From Candidatus Cloacimonadales bacterium (lineage in GTDB: Bacteria > Cloacimonadota > Cloacimonadia > Cloacimonadales > JAIOQZ01), in contig OY771587.1 in NCBI GenBank assembly GCA_963674825.1, forward strand, positions 3,776,001 through 3,840,000: 64,000 bases of DNA, read 5' to 3'. Position 1 is the stretch's first letter; each line of letters opens with the position of its first letter. Made by a program: the position numbers and the translations under genes. Shown piece by piece: positions 9,321-20,200 of the stretch. Under the pieces are notes generated by a model, which saw only the letters and a program-made list of their open reading frames with translations, had not been told where the DNA came from and did not search any database.

Positions 9321-11261
9321 ATGAAGAAGAAGCATCGTCGGAATTTACTACTGGGAAACCTCGTTTGTTTGGTTGTCGTCGTGCTGTTCGTAGCTTTGGC
9401 ACAGAAAAGCATCGATATCTTCGAGCTGAAAACGATCGATGAACGCATGAAATTCAAAACCATGGTTGGACAATCGATCGACCTGGCGGATGATTTTGTG
9501 TTCGTCAACATCGACAACTACACCAAAGAAAAGGCGGGACAAACGCTTCTGCCCAAGACGTTCTACTCTCGGCTTCTCAACCGAATTGCAGAAAACGATC
9601 CCGAAATCATCATGCTCGACCTCATCTGGGGCAATACCGCCGATACGCTGGGCAATCAGGCAATGATTGACGCTGTGATGAATTCCGCCAATGTCGTGTT
9701 GCCCTATCTTGCCGATTTAGATTCCGACGAACCTTCCGTCAATTCGGATTACTTCTTCGACCTTTATTCCTTCGAGATCAATCCCGATGTCGATGAACCA
9801 GCGCTGAAGAAAATCGACAGCATCCTGTTCAGTTCGCTTACCGGGATCGTGGAATACTCTCTGGCGGCGGGATTCAGCAATATACAACCCGACATCGACG
9901 GCGTCATGCGCAGGATTCCGCTGATCGCGGAGTTCAACGGCAAGCTGGCACCTTCGTTCGCGTTACAGGGGCTTTGCAGTTATCTCGATTATCCGCTGGA
10001 GAACATCGAAATCCCGGATCGACGCCATGTCGTCCTGAAAAGTTTCCCAACCGAAAGCGGAACATCCGATTTTGCTCTCAAGCTCGATCCCGACGGCAAT
10101 CTCATTATTGATTTCACCTCATCGGTGTTCAAGATGGAAGACCTCGCCTCTTTCAGCGCATGGGACATCTTGAACGAGGATATCGATTTCTCGATTCTGA
10201 AGGGTAAAATGGTCGTCGTTTCCGATATCTCATCCGACAAGAAAGACTTCTTTCCCATCCCCAACGGCGATCTGCTCTACAATTCCTTCACCGTCGCGCA
10301 AGCGATGAACACACTCCTGCATCGATCGAACATCTCTGAAGCAGGTTATCTTCTCGAGCTGCTGATCATTCTCATACTTTCAGCTTTCATCGTTTTTATC
10401 GGAATCAGGTTTGGCAAAGGGATCTATCATATCGCGTCCATCCTGATGATCCTGGTATATATCGCCTCTACGTTTATCATGTATGCCTATGGCGATGTGA
10501 TTCTGCCGGTGTTTTCGACGGTCCTACCATTGGGCACCGTCTATCTCTTCACCGCAATCTATATTTACATGAAGACCGAAGAGGAGCGGATTCATCTCTA
10601 TTCCAATCTCGAAGGTTATCTGTCCCCAAAGCTTATGAAACGTATTCTCAACGATCCCGATGCCATGAAACCCGGTGGTCACCAGAAAGACATCACGGTG
10701 ATGTTCTCCGACATTGTCAGCTTCACCGACTTCTGTGACAACTCTTCGCCCGAGAAAGTGCAGGACGTACTTGGCGAATACTTGAAAGTGGCTGTCGAAC
10801 TGGTTAAAAAGCATGATGGAATCGTTGACAAATTTCTCGGAGACGGTATTCTCGCATTCTTTGAAGATGAGGAGAAAAAAACACCCAACCAGCAACGCGC
10901 GGTCGATTTCGCCATCGCGTTCCAGAAGAAACTGCAAAAGGTGAACGAGAGAATCAAGAAGAGGCTCAAGTATGACCTGCGGATTCGTATCGGCGTCGCC
11001 ACGGGAAGCGCCAAGGTGGGTAATATCGGTACACCGGACAAGATGGAATACACCATCATCGGCAGCGTGGTCAATCTCGCATCGCGGCTGGAGGGCGTTG
11101 GCGGTCCGGGCGATATCACCATCGACGCGGAGACCCGGGACGTCCTGTCGGAAGAGTATAATGTGGACGAAGGCAAACTGATCGACGTTAAAGGCTTCAG
11201 CAAGCCCATCATGACCTACAGCGTGAGATATGAAAAAACATACAATGAGGTGCAGCAATGA
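9321..11261 (+). CDS. CHASE2-domain membrane class III adenylate cyclase
   Basis: N-terminal TM, CHASE2 motifs (FVFVNID, IIMLDLIW, NIQPDIDGVMRRIP), three TM helices, and cyclase motifs MFSDIVSFT, VDKFLGDG and EYTIIGSVVNLASRLEG. Confidence 0.92.
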   Translation: MKKKHRRNLLLGNLVCLVVVVLFVALAQKSIDIFELKTIDERMKFKTMVGQSIDLADDFVFVNIDNYTKEKAGQTLLPKTFYSRLLNRIAENDPEIIMLDLIWGNTADTLGNQAMIDAVMNSANVVLPYLADLDSDEPSVNSDYFFDLYSFEINPDVDEPALKKIDSILFSSLTGIVEYSLAAGFSNIQPDIDGVMRRIPLIAEFNGKLAPSFALQGLCSYLDYPLENIEIPDRRHVVLKSFPTESGTSDFALKLDPDGNLIIDFTSSVFKMEDLASFSAWDILNEDIDFSILKGKMVVVSDISSDKKDFFPIPNGDLLYNSFTVAQAMNTLLHRSNISEAGYLLELLIILILSAFIVFIGIRFGKGIYHIASILMILVYIASTFIMYAYGDVILPVFSTVLPLGTVYLFTAIYIYMKTEEERIHLYSNLEGYLSPKLMKRILNDPDAMKPGGHQKDITVMFSDIVSFTDFCDNSSPEKVQDVLGEYLKVAVELVKKHDGIVDKFLGDGILAFFEDEEKKTPNQQRAVDFAIAFQKKLQKVNERIKKRLKYDLRIRIGVATGSAKVGNIGTPDKMEYTIIGSVVNLASRLEGVGGPGDITIDAETRDVLSEEYNVDEGKLIDVKGFSKPIMTYSVRYEKTYNEVQQ

Positions 11262-14200
11262 AAAGCCGACTACTGCTTCTAATCCTGATTACTTTTACCA
11301 TTATGAACGCGCTTCCCAATGCGGGTCAGGCTATAACATGGGATCGCGATGTCGATCTTACGAATGGCTTGGTGGCCTGGTATCCGCTGGATGGGAATAC
11401 GTTTGATTTTTCTGGGAATCATTCTCCCGCTATCATGAACGGTGATGTACACTATGTGAATGGTCATTTTAATGACCAAGATGGCGCGATGTTCTTTGAT
11501 GGCAACAGTGATTGGCTGTATGCGTTTGAGGATACGGAACCACATAGTGCTTATTCTGTTGCAACGTGGGTGAAGTTTGCGGATCATCAGGGTGACAACA
11601 ACATTTTCCAGAGTGGTTGGATTGGTGCTACCTGGACGAAATATTCACTGTATTATAACGATGGGGCAACGATCAGTACAATAATTGGTACAGATTCGGC
11701 ACCTGAAGCTCTTCATACTCCATTTACCATAACGGATGAGGTATGGTATCATATTGCATCAGTTTATTCCGGCGATGCAATCAAAACCTTTGTTGATGGA
11801 GTGATGATCGATTCTGTCAGTGTGTCAATCTGTCCTATTGGTGGCGGTTCATATAATAATGAATGTCGAATTGGCGGTCATTTGTCTGATGGGGAAGCTG
11901 GGTTGCATGGCGCACTCGACGACATCCGCATCTACGACCGCGCCCTGAATCCAGAAGAAATCGAACTTCTCTACTACGGCGACACCTTCCAAGCCAGCTT
12001 CTTCGCCGACGAAACCAACGTCCCCGCCGGCACGGAAATCCAGTTCTACAACACTTCCACCGGTATGCCGGACATGTGCCTGTGGGATTTCGGTGACGGC
12101 AACAGCAGCACCGAACAAAACCCTACCCACACCTACACCGAAGATGGCACCTACGACGTTACCCTCACCATCTACCGCGACGATATGCAGGACACCTGCG
12201 TGGAAGAGGGGTATATAACGATAGAGTATGATCTCGAGGATGGGCTGGTGGCATGGTATCCCTTTAATAATGGCAGCCTTGAAGATATTTCTGGAACTGG
12301 TAACGATGGCGATGATTTCGGAACTACTTCGATAGTGACAAACAGATTCAACCAAGTTAATCAAGCCCTTGAATTTGACGGTTCTACAAGCAAAATCTAT
12401 TTAGGTAGTGATGATTCAATTGATTATTTGTTCTCTACTGACGCTCGAGATTCATCATTTTCTGTTTCAGCATGGTTTAATGTTTATACTTTGGCTTACC
12501 AATTTGGAGGGTATCCTATTCTGCATATTGGTACGAATAGTCCCAACTGGCAATTCAATTTAGGTTTGCGTGATGAAACGTACGGAGGTGAACTTTATAC
12601 AGGTTCACATGGTATGTTACCAAGTAATCTTACGGGCGACAATTCTGTTTCAACCAATGTCTGGCATCATGCAATCGTGACATACTCTGGAGAAACACAT
12701 ACAGCGAATTTATATTTAGATGGTCAGATCATCGATTCTGGTGTTTATGAAGGTGGTGGTAGTGATTGTGAGCAAGATAGTGTTTTTATCGGGTATGGCA
12801 AAGCATGGGGATCGCATTTTTCTGGCAAAATAGATGATATACGTATCTACAATCGTGTTTTACATCAAGGTGAGATTGCCTTGCTTTATTGCAGTGATTC
12901 GATCGCAGCCGATTTCTACGCTGACGAAACCACCCAATACGAGCACCAGGAAATCCAGTTCCACGATGCGTCCGAGGGTGGGCCTACCTCCTGGCAATGG
13001 GATTTCGGCGACGGCAACAGCAGCACAGAGCAGAACCCTACCCACACCTACGCCGACGAAGGCACCTACGACGTTACACTCACCATCTACCGTGACGACA
13101 TCGAATGCACTACCACCAAGCAAGCCTATATCACCATCGAAAACAGCCTGGAATATGGATTGGTGGCGTGGTATCCGCTGGATGGGGATGCGGAAGATGC
13201 AAGTGGGAATGGACATGATGGCACAGTGGATGGTGCATTACCATGTGAGGATCGATTCAGAAACACCGATAGTGCTTACGAATTTGATGGAATCGATGAT
13301 ATAATTGAAGCAAGCAATACTCCGAACCTGATCGATACTTGTCATACATTATGTTGTTGGGTTAGCGCTTCAGGCACAGATGGTTTTCTTGTCGGTAAAG
13401 GAGAAAATGGTATTAATAGTTCTCCCTATATGCTTCATGCTGCAAATTCACGATACAAATATACTGTCAGAGAAGCACCAAACATTATCCATACCACGAT
13501 GGAGCAGGACGACTATAACCTGATCACTTGGTATTTTCTTGTTGGATCATATAATGGATCACAGGTATCCCTGTATGTTAATGGTGTAATCGTCGATTCT
13601 ACAATTTCAAGCGGTACAGCTCTGCAGAATCAGAGTCTGAATCTCACAATTGGTTCTGCAAGCGATAACAATGGTTGCTTCAAGGGCAAAATCGACGACG
13701 TCCGCATCTACGACCGCGCGCTAAGCCCTGATGAAATCACCGAACTCTACCAGGGCGATACCTTCGATGCGAATTTCTACACCGAGGATACCACCTATCC
13801 GCGGCAGTGCGAAATCCAGTTCTACGACACATCTCAGGGGGCGCCCACCGAATGGCTTTGGGACTTCGGCGACGGCACCACCAGCACCGAGCAGCACCCC
13901 ACCCACAGCTACGACGAGAACGGCGTGTACGACGTGACCCTCATCGTCCGGCGCAACGACCTGGAGGATTACTGCTTCCAACGCAGCTATATCACCATCG
14001 AGGATGATCTGGAATATGGGTTGGTGGCGTGGTATCCGTTTGATGGAACAACAGAGGATGCATCGGGGAATTTCCCAGATGGCACACCATACGGGATTGA
14101 CTATGTTGCTGGTCATACAGGTGATTCTGCCGATTATGCATGTAGGTGCAATAGTACAGGAGATCATGTGTATATTTTTGATGATTCTGAAACATATACT

Positions 14201-17200
14201 GGATACTCAGTATCAGCTTGGATTAAGTTTGATGCCCATGATGGAGATAATGTCATTTTCACGAATAACTTCAGGCACACGTTCCAGCTATATTACAATG
14301 ATGGAATCGAGTTTAACACGATCATTAATTACGCAAATGATACAGAGCAGCAGGATGCCTATCGATATACGATTGATGTGGTTGATGATCAGTGGTATCA
14401 CGTTACTTCAGTATATACCGGTTCGCAATTGCAATTGTATCTTGATGGCGAAATGGTTGGATATCAAGATACTGATCTACCTGTTATTGGTGCAAATACA
14501 GAAAACAATCATTGCTACATCGGTGGACATTTGCAATCTGGTGATTTCTATTTCCATGGTGCGATTGATGATGTGCGTATCTATGAACGTCCTCTGAATA
14601 GTGCGGAAATCAACCGGCTTTTCTTCGGCGATCAGAGCTACAATCTCTCCTTCACCGCATCCGCCACAGAGGTTACGCTTGGCGATGCGATCACCTTCAC
14701 GCCGGCCGTAACCGCTCCAATCACCGAATACCGGTGGGACTTCGACAGCGACGGCGTAATCGATTCGAACGACGAGGAGCCGGTCTATACTTACGCGACG
14801 TCGGGCATCAAGACGATTACGCTTACCACCGTCAGCGAATTTGACGCTACCGCCACCCACACCAAAGAGGACTACATCACCGTCACCGGCGACTTCTTCA
14901 CGGAGGATTTCGACCACGACGGCAATCTTCCCCCAGGCTGGACCACCAACACCCGCGCCAACTGGTCCGCCATCCAGGACGACGGCAGCGACTATTGCGT
15001 GGGAGTAGAGCTATCCTCCCCCGGTGAAACGGCTGATTGCACGCTAACCTCCCCCGTAATAGATTGCAGCTACTATGATTATGTATCGATTTCGTATTAC
15101 AATGATTATCAGGATCTGCTTTTTCAGGATAATGAAGGGTACGGTGGGTTTGTCGAATACTCTATCAATGGCGGTGAGTGGGAAGAGCTGATTCATTACA
15201 TGGCAGAGACCGTCACGGGTATTGAAACGTTGCTTTTACCCCAAGCGAGCCAACAAGCCAGCTTGCGACTGCGCTTCAGGTATCGCAAACCCCAGATAAG
15301 TCAAACCGATATCTGGAAGATTGACGATTTCATGGTTCTGGGTGGCTTTACCGATGACACTCCCCCCACGACCATCACCGATCTCGCGGCAGAGAATATC
15401 TACGCCAACTCGGTTGATCTCACCTGGACACCGACGATTGAGGATCATTTCGAATCATACGTAATCGAGTATGGCATCGGTGATTTCGGGAGCGTCTGGT
15501 CTGTTGGTCAGGATAGTACGCTGGCAGCACGTACAACTTCCACCACGCGCGTTACGGGACTGGAAACCTACGGTATATATCAGTTCCGAATCAAGGCATA
15601 TGACGAGTACGATCACGAAAGCGGCTACTCCAACACCGCGATCGATACGGTCGATGCCGAGTACTGGCCACCGCTGATCACCGACCCATATCCTGAACAG
15701 CCATCCGATTGGCACAATACCAACACCGTAACCATCGGCTGCATGATCGACGATTTAGGCATCGGCGTGGATGAAACGACCATCGAGTATCGCATCGATT
15801 ACAATGGAAATGGCGCGTATGACGCGATACCGGAAGAGGAATGGACATCGGAAGGTATCGAGTTTGACAATCCTGATCGTGGGAAACGGTTCTTCCCCAG
15901 CGGCAACGAATATATCTGCCGTGCGGAGGTTACATATTCGGCATCTACAACCGACGGCGATCCGCTTTGTTTCGAATGGCGCGCGAAAGATTTATTCGGA
16001 ACCGGTCCGACTTACAGCGGGACTTCCAGCGAAGAAGGAATTGCGGACGACTGGTATGTTATCAAAGACATCACACCACCGACTCAGATACCCGGACTAT
16101 TCGGTTTAGCGCTCTCTAATACAGAAATCGGACTGTTTTTAGGTGCTGAATCCTGCGATAGTTTCTTCGACACCTATCAAATCTATTACTGGAACTACGA
16201 GAACGTGGATGAGAATTCGTGGCTCTGGGATAAAGAGGATGATCCGGGGTTGGGTGATCCAACGGTAACTTATACCACGATCACCGGTCTGGAACCGAAC
16301 ACCAATTACTATTTCCGGGTGCGCGCGATCGATATGGCGGGTAATACATGCGAGCTGTGCGACAGCATTGAAGTTTCAACCGTGGGCGAATCGTCTATTC
16401 CATCAGCGCCGGAGAATTTATCATTGCAAAACGCTGGCAACGGCGTGTTACTTGCATGGGATCAAAGCCCACAAGCCGATGTCGATTGCTACAGGATTTA
16501 CCGAGGGTTGGAGTCGGGGTACCTCGCTCTGCAAGATTCGCTGATGATCGACACCCGTACCCCAGTCCCGACCCACAGCTTCACGGACGTTGACGTGGTC
16601 AGCGGTACGACATACTTCTATCACGTTACGGCGGTAACGACGACCGGACAGGAAAGCGAGCCGTCGGACGAGTACAGCATCGGCTATATCAGTCTGGATA
16701 TTCAAGCGGATTTCACGGTCGATTTGCAGGAGATCACCATCGGAGATACCGTGCATTTCACCGACATGAGCCACAACGGTATCCCGACCGGCTGGGAATG
16801 GGATTTCCAGAACGACGGCACTATCGATTCGTACGAACAGAATCCAAGCTGGCTCTACGATGCCACAGGTACCTATTCCGTGTCGCTGACCGTGACCGAT
16901 GCGAACGGCACAAGATCGACCCGGAAAAGCGCTATGCGTGCAACCCGCTCCAACCCGGAGGTAAAAGAAGACTATATCACCGTGAATCCCCAGATCCCCG
17001 TGCTTGCGATCGATCCCGACAGCCTTGATTTCGGCGATGAGACGACAGAACTTACTTTCACGATCTCGAATTCCGGTACCGGGCAACTATACTGGGCAGC
17101 TGACGAGAGCGAAGACTGGATGTCGATTGCGGAAACCAGCGTTCGGTTTGTGGCTGCGTCCCGTGATATGCGAAACAGCATCGGCGGCAGCGTGGCGAGC

Positions 17201-20200
17201 GACGATTCGACGCAGGTCCTTGTTTCTATCGACCGCACATATCTGATCGAAGGCGATTACGATGGCACGATTTCCGTCACTTCCAACGGCGGAACGCAAG
17301 ATATCAACGTACATATGGAAGTGGTTGGTAATGCTCCAGATGCACCGACGAACCTGCTTGCCTACCCTGCTGATAGCGAAATCAGCCTGACATGGGACAG
17401 TAATACGGAAGCCGACCTGGGCGAATACCGTCTCTACCGGGATACAACCCCGGATCCCTCCACGCTTGTTGCCGTAATCGATGCCAGTCAACGCACAGTT
17501 ACCTATCTGGATACACTCCTGACCAATGGTGTTACGTATCACTATCACGTGACGGCAGTCGATGTTTTGGGTAACGAAAGCGATCCATCCAACGAGGCAA
17601 CGGCGACCCCTGTCGAGATACCGACCTACTGGTTTGTATCGACTACGGGTACCGACGGGCCTGATTATGGAAGCCAGACAGAGCCTTTCGCGACCATCCA
17701 GTACGCGATCGACACAGCGGTATCGGGCGATACGATCCAGGTCGCGGACGGCGTCTATCATGAGAACATAAATTTCAACGGCAAAGACCTGCTGCTGACC
17801 TCGGAATACTTCGTCGATGAGGAGACCAGCCATATCTTCAACACGATAATCGATGGCGGAGGAAACAACCGTGTCGCGTCCTTCGTCAATGGCGAAAGCT
17901 CGCAAGCGATTTTGAATGGCTTAACCCTCCGCAATGGCAATGCATCTTACGGTGGCGGTATTTACTGCCAGAACACCAATCCGACACTGAGCCACCTGCG
18001 GGTGGTCGGCAACTATGCCAACTACGGCGGCGGAATTGCCCTGATCGAATCCGATTGCCAGATGATCAGGCTGGAGATGACCGGTAACCAGGCTCTACAT
18101 AAGGGTGGCGGTATATACCTCGATGGATCGAATCCCGAGATGATCAACTGCACCATCGCATGCAATATGTGTATCAGCGGTGGTGGCGCGTATGTGAAAA
18201 ACAGCACGGACGTCACCATCATCAACAGCATTATCTTCGGGAACGACCAATGGCAGATCAGCTTTGGCTCCGGCGGAAGCATCAGCAATATCGATGTCTC
18301 TTACAGTCTTCTCGATGAGAACGATATCAATACCGGGGCCAATTACGGATACATCGATTCCAGCAACTTGCTGCAAACATATCCTCTGTTCTGGAATGCG
18401 AAGTACAAGCCCTACAACGGCACACCTTACTCCAACGGAAACTTCCGGCTGCACAGCATCTCCGCATGTCGTGATGCAGGCTCTCCCGTTTTGATCTACA
18501 ACGATCCTGACGGAACCCGAAACGATATGGGCGCTTATTACTACGATATCAACACTCCGGAAAGCGAGTTTCAATCCACGCTGTTTGTATCGGAGAATGG
18601 CAGCAACACGACCGGCACCGGGGATTTTACCAATCCCTACCAAACGGTGCAATATTCAATCGATCAGATCCAGTCAACCATGACGGATACCATCATCGTT
18701 CTGCATGGAACCTACGAGGAGAATCTGCAAATCCAGAACTCGGTCGTACTGGGCAGCCTGTATCTCATCGATCCGTGGGAAGGTCATATCGATGCGACCA
18801 TCATTGACGGTGGTACTCCCTCCGATTCGCTGGAAGCGAGTGGGATCGCGATCCTGAACCCCTCTACGAGAACATTCAACAGCATCGACGTGTCGATTCT
18901 CGGACTTACAATCCGGCACGGTATCGGCTGGAGAACGACGCAGCTCATCGAGCTTCCGGATGTAGATCCTTATATCGTCCACCGGCTGGTGGGAGGCGGA
19001 ATTTACGTGAACGATTGCACACCGTTTATCAATGCGAACAAGTTCATCGAGAATGGGCTGTCCGGAACGCATGAAGGTGGCGCAGTCTATACGAGTATCG
19101 ATGAAGATGCCGAGGATCGCAGAACGCGTCCGCAACTTGTTTTGAACTACCAGAATAACTGGTTCTTCGACAATTACGCCCAAGTGGGCAGCAGCGTGGC
19201 GAGCAATAGCTTCAACGGAACCATCGACCTGTCCGGCAGCGAGTTCGATGTCGCGGCAACACTCAGCCGGGACGAATGTGGAGTATCGAATTACTGGTGC
19301 GCGAACGATTCTCTTATCTCCTATACCTTCGACGATTGCTCGGGAAGACAGGAGGCGTATGTCACGAACATGAGCATTCAACCCGACACACTTGCAATCG
19401 TACTCAGCAAGGTTTATGGCGAGCCGTCCAATCCGGTGACGATTAACCTTTCCGCGGGACGTGCCAGCCCTGGCAGAACGCTACGCACAGCGTTTCCGCT
19501 GCAAATCCCCGATTACGTCTCGATTATTGGAAGTGGAGCTTCTTCCACCGAAATCAACCCGGATTCAGGTAGCGCTGCGATGCTGCTGGATCACTCCAGC
19601 GGTGTGTCGATTGGATCCCTTGCAATCACCCAGGGTAGCTCTGAAATCGGTGGTGGATTATATACGCGCGACTCGGAGTTTTCGCTTCAGGATGTCGAGT
19701 TTAACGGAAATCAAGCCAATATCGGTGGAGCTTTGTTCATGCAGGGATCGACGATGATCGTATCGGGCATCGTTCTGGATGGTAATGAAGCGCTCGAGGG
19801 TTTTGCAGGCGCGATTTATGTTGAAAACTCCGTAGTCTATATTGCGGATGCGACGCTACGCAATAATGTGGCAAACTTCATCAATACAAGTGAGGATGCG
19901 TTCGGATCGGGAATCTACGCTTACAACACCGACATCACGATCCAGAATCTGGTATTGGAAGATAATGTCCTGCCTGGCGATAACTCGAAAGGCGCAGGTA
20001 TCTACCTCTTTAACAGCGAAGGCGTCGAGACGGATGTCCTGATCGAAAATGTGGATATACGCAACAACTCCGCTTCCTACGGTGGCGGAATCTATATGGT
20101 TAGGGTCAATCCGACGATCAGAAATGTTCTGATTGCTGACAACGGAGCATTTATGCAAGGTGGTGCGATCTATGCAAAAGATTGCTTCCCGGAAATCGTC

